Assembly (NCBI RefSeq): GCF_001194135.2
Contig: NC_068997.1
Span: 5,843,086 to 5,907,085, forward strand
Origin: Octopus bimaculoides
Lineage: Eukaryota
Direction of reading: 5' to 3'
Length of the DNA: 64,000 nucleotides
The notes below the pieces were generated by a model. That model saw only the letters and a list, made by a program, of their open reading frames with translations. It did no database searches and had not been told where the DNA came from. The translations under genes and the position numbers were made by a program. This document shows positions 1-12,299 of the stretch, one piece after another (the first letter of the stretch is position 1; each line of letters begins with the position of its first letter).

Positions 1-908
1 ATGATATGATGAACATGTAGAAACTTCATCAATACTATGATGATGATGATACAACAATAGTATGATGATAATGATATTGATGATGTCAATGATTATGATG
101 ATATGACAGTGGTATGATGATAATGGTGTTAGAATTGAGCTATTATTTAACTAAGCCAGTGGCTTATATTCAGTATTCTTGGTTCCATTCTTAACAAGGT
201 AGCAGAAGCAAGAATGTAGTCTTTGTTCTTATGAAGAAAAGCTTTCTTCACTATTCTGCTGCTCTCAGAACATCAAACAAACAAACCATTGCTGCAACAA
301 CCACAACAACAAAATTTTCGCTTTTATTGGTTTCTAAACTGTCTCTTGTCCTGTTCTATGACTTTCATTTGACCACTTCTGTCTATTGTTTAGCATTTTT
401 GAGACAAATGCCATATTTTCCCCTTTGTCTGCTTCAAGAAAATTAACAAAGCCTTAGCCTTTAAACAATCATTGTATTGAAATTGGTTAATGATAATAAT
501 AACGATAATAATAATAATAATAATGATTTCTTTATGGTTAATAAAGAAAGTATCATCATCATCATTGTTTTTCATGGATACTTTTATAATGAATGTTGAA
601 TAATTTCCTTCCCTTGCTCTCTACCAGTTTGGTGACACAAATGTAATTTTTGGTTCCTAATTCTATTGTAAATATTTTCTCTTTTTCCTTTTCCCATTGC
701 TGTTCATCATCATCATTGTTGTTGATGTTACTTTATAGTTGCTGTCATTGATGTTTTTAATTAAAAGCTTTGCTAATTGCGTTTTAATATTACAATTTCT
801 AAAGCTAAGGAGTTGTTCTGTTTGGTGCTCTGACACATGTGTTTACCTCAGCATGCCTGGCTGGCAATGTGCCTTACCCTTTCCTATATTTCAGTGGTAA
901 GAATGACA

Positions 909-944
<36 letters not shown>

Positions 945-1306
945 GCATGGCTGTGTGGTAAGAAGCTTGCTTTCAAACCACATAGTTCAGGGTGGGATCA
1001 GTACCACTGCATGGCACTTTGGGCAAGTGTCTTCTACTGTAGCTTCAGGCTGACCAAAGCCTTGTGATTAGATTTGGCAGACAGAAACTGAAAGAAGCCT
1101 GTCATATATGTGTGTGTGTGTTTGTCCCTCCACCATTGTTTGACAACCAATGTTGGTGTGTTTATGTCCCTGTAACTTAGCAGTTTGGCAAAAGAGACTA
1201 GTAGGCTTACAAAGCATAAGTGTTTGGATCAATTTCTTCAGCTAAAACCATTTAAGGCAGTGCTCCAGCATGCCCACAGTCAAATGACTGAAACAAGTAA
1301 AAGAAT
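945..1306 (+). mobile_element. tRNA-derived SINE, family B (label used here), full-length copy
   Basis: Head gcatggctgtgtggtaagaag (A-box-like) with a degenerate B-box, then ttgggcaagtgtcttctact...gaaactgaaagaagcc, a (TG)n hinge, and a 3' end tgctccagcatg..cagtcaaatgactgaaacaagtaaaaga. Colinear with the copy at 35962-36352. Confidence 0.8.
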
Positions 1307-1339
1307 ATATAGCAGTTGTTTTGAAAGTACACTAATATA

Positions 1340-1550
1340 CAAACATAGAAGCACCAGTAAAGAGAGCTTCTACATGGTTTCTTGCCCTGCTAGAAATACC
1401 AGCTAAATCTCCCTCACTTTATCTTGACAGTAAAAAAAAAAAAATGCACAGTGGATAATGTTATTTTGGATGCACTGAAACTGAAAAAGTAAGAGGTTAG
1501 TTACAGCTTAGATTTAATGGATCAAAGCTGACCTATAGCTAAACACTTGT
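1340..1550 (-). repeat. Dispersed ~200-bp repeat (family I) carrying the motif gagatttggctactatttctagc
   Basis: The same motif recurs at ~11665 (-), ~21765 (+), 30980-31200 (+) and ~48490 (-). Class not determined. Confidence 0.55.
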
Positions 1551-1574
1551 TGCAGTTACTTAAAAAATACCCAT

Positions 1575-2120
1575 GCTAGCACTGCAAAAAAACCAAAAAA
1601 AAAAAACCCACCTAGTACGCTCTACAGTGGCTGGCATTAAGAAAGGCATCCAACCATAGAAACCAAGCCAAAACAGACTATGGAACCTGGTGTGGTCTCC
1701 AGCCTTCCCAGTTCCTGTCAAGCTGTCCAACCAATGCCAGCATGAAAAACATGTTAAATGTTAATGATATATGCCTACTTACCATACAGGGTTTTCACAA
1801 AAAGAAATCAACCAATTAACTTCCACATTACAAATACAACCTGTAAGTGGAGTAAGTGGAACAGTAAAAATATGCAAGATATTTCTCAAGTTTAAAATTA
1901 GACATTGTTTTTGTTAGCTACTTTCCAATGATGGAGATTTGCACCTTTGTTAGAAACCAGTTCCTTCTTCACAGGTAGAATTCAAATAATGGCATTAGGA
2001 AGGGCATCCAGCTGTAGAAACCATGCCTAAACAGACAACTGGAGCCTGATGCAGCCCTCTTATCGGACTGTCCAGTGCATGCCAGCATGGAAAACAGACA
2101 TTAAATGATAATGATGATGA
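1575..2120 (+). mobile_element. Two 5'-truncated RTE 3'-tail copies (family C)
   Basis: ggcattaggaagggcatccagctgtagaaacc...catgccagcatggaaaacagacattaaatgataatgatgat, matching the 3'UTR and tail of the RTE at 28652-29685. Confidence 0.75.
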
Positions 2121-2184
2121 TATTAGAAAATTCATGAAACAAAGGATTTCCATAGGTTCCCCTAGTAAATAATAATTCTTATTA

Positions 2185-2627
2185 ATTTTTGGCACAAGGC
2201 CAAGAATTTTGAGGGGAGGAGGAAATCAGTTACATCAACCCTAGTATTTGATCGGCACTTCCTTGGCGGAATTTGAACTCAGAATGTAAAGACAGATGAA
2301 ATGCCAATAAGCATTTTGCCTGGCGTGCTAACGATTCAACCAGCTTGCTGCCTTACTGCTGCTGCTGCTGCTACTACTACTACTACTACTACTTCCACCA
2401 CCACCACCACCACCACTAATAATAATCCTTTTTACTATAGGCACAAGGTCTTAAATTTTGTGGGTGGGTACATCAGTCCTTCTGCTCCACTGGTACTTAC
2501 TTTATCGACCCTGAAAGGATGAGAGGTAAAGTCAATCTCGATGGAATTTGAACTCAAAATGTAAGGACGGATGAAATGCCACCAAGCATTTTGCCCAGCA
2601 TACTAACGATTCTGCCAGCTCACTACC

Positions 2628-2669
<42 letters not shown>

Positions 2670-3010
2670 GTTTCAAATTTTGGCACAAGGCCAGTTATTT
2701 TAGGGGAGGTAGTTAATTACATCAACTTCGTTACTTGACTGGTACTAATTTTATTAATCCTGAAAGGATAAAAAGCTGAGTCAGCCTTGGTGGAATGTGA
2801 ACTCAGAATGTATAGAGCCAAAACATGCAATTTTGTCTGACGTGCTAATGATCCTGCCAGCTTGCTACCTTAATAATAATTTTAATGATAATAATAATAA
2901 TAATAATAATAATAATGGTTTCAAATTTTTGGGGAGGGGTTAAATTACATCAACTCCAGTGTATTTTATTGACCTTGAGAGGGATGAAATGCAAAGTTGA
3001 CCTCAGCAGA
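2185..3010 (-). mobile_element. Head-to-tail array of 4 family-A tRNA-derived SINE copies separated by trinucleotide repeats
   Basis: Units at ~2185-2356, 2425-2628, 2667-2871 and 2915-3010. On the minus strand: an A-box-like ggcagaatcgttag, a B-box gagttcaaattcc, then gcctttcatcctttcagggtcgataaa..aagtaccag and a tail ccttgtgccaaaatttgaaac(att)n. Confidence 0.85.
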
Positions 3011-3559
3011 ATGATGATGATGATGATAATATTTAGTGTGCTAAATACAACATCTAATATTGTTATCAAACAAAAATCAACGCTATTTGGAGCTGCTTAT
3101 AATCCTGCAAAACACACACTCTATCTGAAGTCATGTGACTTAATGGAAAGTACTGAGTCCCTACCCAGCCAAGATTGAAGCCATGCTAGAAATTAATAAT
3201 GATGATAACAGTGAAAAAGTACTGTAAAGTTAAGAAAAAATGTTAAAAATAAAATGGTGAGTGTAGTTTTGGCAGCATCCTACTTATACAACAGGAAGAC
3301 TAACATTAAATATTTATACTTTTGTTGCAATGTAAGTTGTACATATTTTACTATGCTAGCTAATATTCACTGTTGTTTTGTTTTTTTAAGTCTCTTTGAA
3401 GAATGGTAAGATGGATGGATAATATTGTCTGCTATTTAGAAAATGGTCATTAACAAAATAACACCAAAATAAATATAAATTATATAAATAAAAGTAAAAA
3501 TTTAATATAAACAATGAAAAAGATGTATGAAAGATTAAGAGAAAAAATGGAGAGTCACT

Positions 3560-4035
3560 TAATTTATAATTATTTATAGTAAGAAGGAGAGAAATAGTGT
3601 TTGTGGTGTGTGAGAGGGAAGGGAAGGGAGTAGAAAGAAAAGGAGAGATAGGTAATGAGAGAGGGAAAAGAATGTTTCTGTGTATAAGAGAGAGACAGTG
3701 GAAGATGGAGAGGGAAGGAGATAGAGAGATAATGTGAGAGAATGTGTGTCAGAGACAGAGAAGTGGAGTGAGGAAAAGAGAAGGAAAGATAGGTAGTGTG
3801 AGTGAAGTAAGAGGTAAGAATCAAAAAGTACATGAGAAAGAGATAGACTGTATACGAGTGTGTGTGTGAGAGATAGAGAGAGACAGAATCTTGTGTGTGT
3901 ATGTGTATGCATTTCTCCCCCAGTCCGTGTCTATATCTCTCTCTATATATATGTATATATAATATTGAGTGAAATAGAGAGAAATAATAATGGTATGTAA
4001 GTTAGAGAGAGGGGGAAGAGAGAGAGAGAGGAAAG
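3560..4035. repeat. Purine-rich (GA) low-complexity tract
   Basis: Strong A/G strand bias with GA/GAA runs. It explains the minus-strand ORFs 3570-3912. Confidence 0.8.
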
Positions 4036-4134
4036 TCTTCAGTTTAATGATACCAAGATCTACTAAATTATATGAAACAGAAAAATATAGTTTCATTTTC
4101 TATATTTGCCACTATACATACAATAATAAAACAC

Positions 4135-4800
4135 TTTCTACTATAGACACAAAGCCTGATATTTTAGGGGAGGTGACTAGTTGATTAACTGGTACTTATT
4201 TTATTGAACCCGAAAGGATGAAAAGCAGCTGAAAGAAATTCTATTAAGCATTTTGTCTGACACTAATGATTCTTCAAACTCACTACATTATTAATAGCAG
4301 TTTCAAATTTTGGCACAGGGTTGGTAGTTTTTGAGGCGGGGTGTGGGGGAGCGATTACATCAATCCCAGTACAAGACTGATACTTATTTTAATGACCCCC
4401 TCCCCCTCCCAGTACATGAGTGGTACTTATCTTATCGATCCAAATGGATGAAAGGCAAAGGTGACTTTGGTGATATTTGAGCTAAGAATGTAATGATGGA
4501 TGAAATTCCACTGAGCATTTTGTTCAGCATTAACTATTCTTCCCGCTGGCTGCCATATTAATAATGATAATAATGATTTCTTTTATCTTTTAGTTTATAT
4601 TATTTTATAAAAGACAAAAGAAAAATTATTATTATTATAACAGCAAGCTAATAATAATGGTTTCAAATTTTGGCATAAGGCCAGAAGTTTTAGGGAGAGA
4701 GGTCTAGTTGGTTACATTAACACCAGTATTTGACTGGTACTTATTTTATCGATCTTGAAAGGATGAAAGGCAAGTTGACCCCACTGAGATTTGAAATCTG
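4135..4800 (-). mobile_element. Three more family-A SINE copies in tandem
   Basis: Units at ~4135-4288, 4299-4556 and 4658-4800 share actggtacttattttatcgatc..gaaaggatgaaaggcaaagttgac. The last copy breaks off next to the mariner remnant. Confidence 0.75.
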
Positions 4801-4866
4801 AAAATAAATAAATTGACCTAGAGCTATAGTGGCAGGAATTTCCTCAAAGGGCTGCATAGTAGAACT

Positions 4867-5786
4867 GAATTCCGGTCTAGTGACTTTACTCTTGAAAACC
4901 AGCCCAAGGTGGATAATGATGAGATGGAAACAGTAGTGGAAGCGGATACATCTCAAATTATGTGTGAGTTAGCAGCAAGGTTTGATGTTTCAATTCCAAC
5001 TGTATTGGACCATCTGAAACAGATCGTCAAGGTAAAGAAACTGAACAAGTGGGTACCACAGGAACTGAACGAGCATCAAATGACACATCATCTTGAAACT
5101 TGCTGTTTTTTGCTGCCATGGCATAAAAGCAAACCATTTTTACATTGTATTGTTATGTGTTATGAAAAATGGATTCTTTCCAGCAATAGCAAGCATTCTG
5201 CACAGTGGTTGGATAGAGATGAAGTACCAAAACACAATCCCAAAAAGCTAATGGTGTCTGTTTGGTGATCCAGTGGTGTCATCCAGTACAGTTTCATGAG
5301 ACCTGATGAGTCCACTACAGTGGATGTATGCATTAAACAATTGGATGGAATGATGAGTGAACTTGCAATCAAATAACTGAGATTGGTCAATAGAGATAGG
5401 CCAATTCTCTTGCAAGACAATGCTTAACCACATGTTACACAAGAAATGCTACTCAAGTTACAGGAACTGAACTTGGAAGTACTCGGCCATCCACCATATT
5501 CACCAGACCTTGCACCAACTGACTATCACGTTTTCTAGGTATTAGAACATTTTTTGTAAGGAAAAAACTTCAAATCTGAAGAAGATGCAAAAACAGCCTT
5601 TGTGATTTCATCACCTCTTGCTCTCTAGAATTCTTTGCTGCCAGCATAAATAAGCTACTGATAAAATGGGAAAATTGTGTTGATAATTTAGGTGCATACT
5701 TTGATTTACTGCATTGCTTTTTGTTGAGATAAAGTAAAATAAACTTTCAGTTTAAAATCAGACGTTTCATTCTTAATGATCTGATA
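4867..5786 (+). pseudogene. Mariner (Hsmar1/cecropia-like) DD34D transposase pseudogene, 5'-truncated, with right TIR
   Basis: Conceptual translation from 4867: EFRSSDFTLENQPKVDNDEMETVVEAD..KWVPQELNE..MCYEKWIL..KKLMVSVW*SSG..ILLQDNA*PHV..HPPYSPDLAPTDYH..(frameshift)..INKLLIKWENCVDNLGAYFD. There are 34 residues between the second and third Asp, and the first Asp reads Tyr. A TIR-like end aaatcagacgtttcattcttaatgatctga is followed by TA (5785-86). Confidence 0.95.
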
Positions 5787-6307
5787 TATATATGCGTGTG
5801 TGTGTGTCCGTGTATGTATGTATGACTTGAGGTCAGTGACTGAAACTGACTTAGCAATTTCAATAAAATGTAGACATACACACGACTGAACTTTACACTA
5901 TTTCAATGCTGCTCCCATTTTTTGACTCACTTCTTGGCAGTTTTCCAAAATGACAAACCAGTCACTTCAGCAAGAACGAAGAAATCGGATGAATGCCCCC
6001 ACCTTTTTTTGTTTATTTTGGCTTTTTGCTTCCTTCTCCCTCTCTCTGTTTCTCTTCTTCTCCCTCTTCATCTGTCTCCCTCTCTCTGTTTCTCTTCTTC
6101 TCCCTCCTCCTCTCTCATGCTCTCTTAATTTGTTTACAAATCAGACATTTTTTTCTTTTCCTAGAAAATGTTTTTCACATACATAATTTACAGGAAATTA
6201 TTTTCATAAACAATTACTTTTTCTGCTTCTCCTAACTTTGTACTGAAAAGAGAAGAGAAGCGATCATCATCATATAATAATAATAGCAATAATAATAATA
6301 ATAATAA

Positions 6308-7450
6308 TGGTTTCTGATTTAGGCTCAAAGCCAGTAGTTTTGAGAGAAGGGGAGAAATAGATTACATTGACCTAGTACTTGACTGGAATTTATTTTATAG
6401 ACCCTGGAATTATAAAAGGCTAAGTTGACTTCAGCAGGATTTGAACTCAGAACATGAAGAGCTAATGGTTTCTGATATTTGGCAGAATGCCAGCAATTTT
6501 GAAGGGAGAGGGGACAGTCAATATCATCAACCCTAGTACTTAACTGGTACTTTTATTGATCCCAAAAGTATGTAATGTAAAGACTACTCTCCTCCCCTTT
6601 AAAACTGCTGGCATTGCACCTAAATCAGAAATCACTACTTTGAATCTTTACATTCTGACTTCAAATTCTGCTGAGGCCTATTTTGTTTTTCATCCTTTCG
6701 GGGGTGGGGGTGAAGGGTTGATATAATTGACCTGTCCCCCTCCCCTCAAAATTGCTTTTTTTTTTGGTCAAAATTTGCAACCATTATTAAAGGTGGTGTA
6801 CTGGCAGATCTGTTGGCACACTGGACAAAATATTAGCAGCCTTTTGTGCTGTGTTCAGGTTTCACAGAAGTTGATTTTGCCTTTCATCCTCTCAGGGTCA
6901 GTGAAATAGCTACCAATTGAGTACTGGGGTAATGTAATCAAGTAGTCCCCTCCCCCAAAATTTCCGGCTTTGTGTCCATAGTAGAAACTATTATAATAAT
7001 TTTATTATTTGATGAAAATTCTCAGCCTATTGTTATTATGGCTCATGTGAATGGGCCTACTCTGGACATTGACTTGTAAACCAGTGGAGTTGTGAAGGAG
7101 AGGCACCAGCTGAGGGGTAACCAGGATGTGTGGGCTTCTTTGGTTGCCCCCTTTTAGGAATTTTACTGTTGTTTTTTTACGTGACTTTGTACTAAATCCC
7201 ACTTGTCCTTTCTGTTGTATTGTTCCTATGTGTTTTGTATTCAGCTCTTGTAGCCAATAAAGAAAACATTATTATTATCATAGCGATCTGGCAGAATCAT
7301 TACTGCATCAGACAAAATGCTTAGCAGTGTTTCTTCCAGCTCTTTATGTACTGTGTTCAAATTCTGCTGAGGTCAACTTTGCCTTTAATTGTTTCAAGTT
7401 GATACAATTAACTCCTTCCTCTGAAACTGTTGGCCTTGTGCCATATATAA
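6308..7450. mobile_element. Cluster of family-A SINE copies in both orientations
   Basis: Minus copies at ~6308-6462 and 6466-6590. Plus copies at ~6645-6785, 6790-6990 and 7282-7450. Confidence 0.7.
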
Positions 7451-7484
7451 AGACAACAACATATCTAGCATCATTATTATTAAT

Positions 7485-7830
7485 GTTTACTAATGTGTTT
7501 AAGACATACCATTTTATATACAAACATTAAAAATACTAAAGTGTTAAACCTTTGACATGATACACCACTCTACATGAATATATCAACAGTGTTGTTTACT
7601 AGTGTTTAGCTTTAGACAAGGTGCACTACTCTACTCTATACAAATGCATTGATATATCTAACACAATGTTTCCACAGTGTTAAACCTTAGACAAGACACA
7701 CCACTCTACATTATATAAATGCAATGATATCACTAACACCATTAGTATTATGAATATTAAAGTATTAAACCTTAGACATGAGTTACCACTCTATTTCATA
7801 TAAAAGCCCTCAAAATATCTCGCACCATTT
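7485..7830. repeat. Degenerate minisatellite, ~5 units of 60-80 bp
   Basis: The motif gtgttaaaccttagaca..caccactcta recurs at ~7541, 7602, 7678 and 7761. Confidence 0.7.
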
Positions 7831-8277
7831 TGTATTACAGATTATAAGGATTTCATAATAAATTTGTGGTCCTTTTTTTTTTTTCAATATATATATTTTT
7901 TAAGAAACCTAAATCAATCTTCCCCGTTGCTCCCCCCACTCTATTTCATTTCCACCCACCTGCTCAATCTGAAACAATTGATATAATACAATACGCAGCA
8001 ACAGATATTTTCTAGCTCATATTTCTTCATGACTTAAAAATAAATTTGAAAAGAGATCTCATTATCTTTATTCACTCTTATTTTTGTTTGTTTTATTTCA
8101 TTTGTGTGTGTGTATGTGTGTTTGCATCATCATCATCATCATCACTGTTGCTGTCACTGTCACCACCACCACCACCATCAATCACTATCTCATTATTACC
8201 ATCTTCATCATCGTCCCCATCATCAGCATCACCATTATCACTACCACCTTACCATAATCATCATTGTCATTACTATT

Positions 8278-8968
8278 ATTGGCAGAATTGCTAGCATGTC
8301 TGACAAAATGCTGAGTGGCGCTTCTTCCAGCTCTTTATATTCTGAGTTCAAATTTTGCCATGGTCAACTCTGCCTTTCATTTTTTTAGGATCCTTAAAAT
8401 AAGTACCAGTTGAATACTGGGATCAATGTAAATCAACTTGCCCCCTTCCCCACCATATTTCAGAGCTGGGCCTATAGTAGAAAGACTTAATATCATTATT
8501 ATAATGGCAGTGAGCTGGCAGAATTGTCAGCATATCGGACAAAATGCTTAACTTACATTTCTTCCAGTTTTCATTCTGACTTCAAATTCTGCTAAAGTTG
8601 ACTTAGCCTTTCATCTTTTTAGGATTGACAAAATAAGTACTAGTTGAATTAATCAGCCCTTTCTCCCCAAATTTCAGGCCTTGTACCTATAGTAAAGATT
8701 ATTATTGTTGTTGTTGTTAATTTTCGTTTATGTTGTGAATATTTTTATTAGGGCAGCAAACTGGTAGAATTGTTAGCATGCTGGGCATGATGCTTAGCAG
8801 CATTTAAGCAGTCTTTGCGTTCTGAGTTCAAATTCTGCCAGGGTTGACTTTGCCCATAATCCTTTCGTGGTTGATAAAATAAGTACCAGTTGAACACTGG
8901 GATCAATATAATTGACTTATCCCTTCTCCCAAAATTGCTGGCCTTGTGCCAAAATTTGAAATCAATAT
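8278..8968 (+). mobile_element. Head-to-tail array of 3 family-A SINEs
   Basis: Units at ~8278-8490, 8505-8700 and 8750-8968, each starting ggcag..ctggcagaattg and separated by ATT-like runs. Confidence 0.85.
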
Positions 8969-8989
8969 AGATATTGTTATTGTTGTTAT

Positions 8990-9352
8990 ATCAGTGAAAT
9001 TGTTGTCATGGCCAATGCCAATGTCACATAACTGGCACCTTCTGAATGTTGGCCCTCACAGAAGCAGTGACAGTGACTGAGACCTTTGGCGGTATACTGT
9101 GCTTGAGAAGACCTGTTAAGCCAAATGAGATCGTAGCTGTGGCCAATGCTGGTGTTACGTAACTGGCACCTGTGCTGGTGGCATGTAAAAAGCACCCACT
9201 ACACTCTTTGAGTAGTTGACTTTAGGAAGGGTATCCAGCCATAGAAACCATGCCAAATCAGATTGGAACTTGGTGCAGCTTACCAGTTTTTAGTCAAACC
9301 ATCCCACCCATGCCAGCATGGAAAATGGACGTTAAATGATGATGATGATGTT
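8990..9352 (+). mobile_element. RTE 3'-end derivative (family C) containing an internal copy of the ORF2 C-terminus
   Basis: ttggccctcacagaagcagtgacagtgactgagacctttggcggtatactgtgcttgagaagacc matches 29158-29221. It ends catgccagcatggaaaatggacgttaaa(tga)n. Confidence 0.75.
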
Positions 9353-9829
9353 CTCATAGTGGTGATGGATTTTGAGAATCATTAGAGTATTGGTTAAAAA
9401 TATCTTGAGATATCTAGTTTCAACTGTAGATTCTGAGTTCAAAGCCTACTGGCACCAGCTCTACCTTTTATTTCTTGGAGAAGGAGTGTGTGTGTGTGTG
9501 GGGGGGGGGGGCAGGTCAATAAAATAAGTACTATTAAGAACTAGACTACCCCACCTCTCCTTAAAATATTCTGGCCTGAAGCCTAAATCAGAAATCATAT
9601 TATTTATGTTGCTGTTTTTCTTAATGTTATTTTGGTTGCTGTTGTTTTGCTATTTTCTACCTTCTCTCTTCATAAATGTTAATAAGAAATTATATAAATA
9701 GCCAACAACACCAACTCCCTCCAATTCTATCATTACCATCCTCTCTTAAGAAATTAGAGCAGACTTCTTAGATTTCAATCATCTCTGCAAATGCTAGAAA
9801 AAAGGATTTTTGTCTGTTTACCTGTGTTT

Positions 9830-10380
9830 TTGAAATCTTTTATCTCTCTCTCTCTCTTTCACTTTGTCCTTCACTCTTTATCTCTCTCTCATTTTCTTTG
9901 CATGTCTTTTTGTCTCTCCCTCTCCCTTTCCCTCCTTCCTTCCTCCTTCTCTTTCCCTTCCCCTCTTCCCCCTCCCACTCTCTTTCCCACCCCATCTACC
10001 TCTCTCCCTCTCGTTTTCTTCTTTTTCTACCTGCACTTGTATTTATATTTTATATTATATATTTTTGATTTTTTTTTCCTTGTTTTTAAATTTTCATATT
10101 TTTTTCATTTCTCTCTTTCTTTGCCACTCTTTCTCTTAATTTGCTTTCTGCCTCTCCTTTTCGCCACCCCACCCAATCTCCTTTTATCTTTTTCTTTTTC
10201 ATTCTTTTATTACTTCCCTCTCTATTTATCACTCTCTTTCACCACACCCTTTCATCACTCTCTCCCTGTCTCCTCTCTCTTTCTCTCTCTCTCCTTTAGA
10301 ATTTTCTTGTTCTATTTTCATTTATATCTATATTTTCATAGCATACATATATCTACTCACACACACACACACAAACCAAG

Positions 10381-10428
<48 letters not shown>

Positions 10429-10430
10429 GT
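9830..10430. repeat. Pyrimidine-rich low-complexity tract ending in (CA)n and (TA)n
   Basis: CT/T-rich composition. It accounts for ORFs 9791-10432 and 9864-10139. Confidence 0.85.
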
Positions 10431-11075
10431 GAGAGAAAGAGTGAATCAATAAATACTACACAAGTTGTTCAGACTCCAGTCAGATTCCACAGTGTTACAC
10501 CTGGCACCTTTCGCCACAAGCACACACACACATGCACACACATGCACACACACAGACCATATGTGTATTCTGTAGTGAGAATGTGCTAATTGGTTTTGGA
10601 ATTGTCAATAATATTCCTTTCCGAAATATGTTTAAAAGAAACAAAAAAGATCAAGAAGACATGCACATACATACATACATACTTGAACACTTAATAAACT
10701 CACATGTATACGCATAAATATATGCATAATAAGAGGGCTGAGGGGAAAGTGCCCCAGCACAGCATCCTATATACTCAATACACATGTATGTAGTTGAGTT
10801 GAAAAGAAAAAACTTCCAGTTAACTGAAGTTATCCATGCAATTAGTAAATAAAAACTCCCTCTGAAGGTGCTTATTGAAAAAAAAAAGTAACACCAATGA
10901 GAATAGCTAAGTAAAGTTTTTGAAAAATAAGCATGGTGCAGATAGGGGTCAATCTGGTCTTTAAAGTCAGCTGGCAACAGCGATGCACATGTTCCAGTCT
11001 TATTAGCCTCTCTAGCAAAGGGTAATAAGTGAACATTTATAAACATAATGTAGTGTCAGTACATAGTGTGTGTAT

Positions 11076-11120
<45 letters not shown>

Positions 11121-11859
11121 GACTGTTGTATTATGACTGTTTTTATCTTGTATTTATTATTTCTGCTTTGTTTGAGCATGATTCTTTGCTTAAATAAGAG
11201 TAGTATTTGCAATTAGTTTTTAAATTTTGATATTTTCCATGATAAAATTTTGATTTAAATTTATTTATTGCAAGAAACAGCAAGGTTTCTTTCTCTAATG
11301 TTTTGCATAGTTTAACAAGTTTCCAGCTACTGAAACGTGTTCTCTCAGAGTGCTGTTGCAAAACTACACGAGTGAATGTATGAAAAACAAAATAGGAATT
11401 TTGCAAGCAGTATCAAGAAAACTACTTTTTAAACTTCAAATGGCAATGGGGGTCCACCAGAATAAAGCAGTAATCAAAGGCGTTCATAGGTAAAATTAAG
11501 GACCAAGTAAAAATAATAAATATCAGCAGCACTTATGTCAGCAGGGGACATTAAGAAATTATTGGGAATCTGTGAGCTAAAGTTGGAAATTGTAAAGTGT
11601 GCAACCTTTTAAAAGCTTGGGGTCTTGGAGAAAGGGTGGGAATCACCTGCTATACATACTCACTGAATTTTTAGAAATAGCAGCCAAATCTTTTTATGAA
11701 ATGCCTACCATCCATTGTATAATATAGTTCAAAATACATTCTATTGGAAAAACGAAAAAAATCAAGAGTAGTCACAATTGAAACACTTTTGAGAATGTGT
11801 CTGGTTGTTCAGGGTTGATCTGGGCTAAGCAATAACAAAAACAGCATTTGCTGTGTGTC

Positions 11860-11995
11860 TATCTATCTGTCTATCTGTCTGTCTCTCCATATATATATAT
11901 ATTTCTGTATATCTGTCTGTCTCTCCATATATATATATATTTCTGTATATCTGTCTATCTACCTCCATATATATATCTCCGTATATCTTTCAATC
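11860..11995. repeat. ~40-bp tandem repeat x3
   Basis: tctgtctgtctctccatatatatatatatttctgtata is repeated. Confidence 0.75.
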
Positions 11996-12074
11996 TATCT
12001 ATCCCTATCTACACATCACACACACACACATGTGCGCATGCACTATTGTTGTGTATGTAGGGGGCCCTAGTGCA

Positions 12075-12112
12075 TTGCACTTCTCAGGGCCTATAGGCAT
12101 TAAGACAGCCCT
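12075..12112 (-). mobile_element. Possible hAT-type terminal fragment
   Basis: The minus strand reads cagggctgtcttaatgcctataggccc, which resembles CAGGGCC-type hAT termini. No partner end was found. Confidence 0.25.
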
Positions 12113-12299
12113 GGTTATGCTAGGGTGTTTTTGATGATAGATTGACAGGTCTTTTCTGTTTTGATAATAGATTGGGTTTAAGCTAGAGCTAGTCCTTCTT
12201 TCTCTTTACATATGAGGGAGCCCCAACAGGAGTCACTTAATTTGTTAGAAATAATCACAAGGGACTAAGAATTAATTACTTTCAGTTAATGTTTTTCTG

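Noticed and set aside
945-1010. A-box and B-box heads of families A, B and D as tRNA genes
   Set aside because: No complete cloverleaf, and each continues into a multicopy SINE body.
5303-5330. CTGATGA-gtccac-taca-gtggat, a hammerhead-like start with a stem
   Set aside because: No GAAA block follows, and it lies in frame within the mariner transposase coding sequence, so it is a coincidence.
9791-10432. 213-aa ORF (also 12339-13064, 241 aa)
   Set aside because: Translation of CT-rich low-complexity DNA, giving S/L/F/P-biased peptides with no domain.
11327-11489. AG..GT-bounded open stretch of ~54 codons (TETCSLRVLLQ..)
   Set aside because: The splice signals are mediocre and the peptide is unrecognisable. 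Such stretches are expected by chance.
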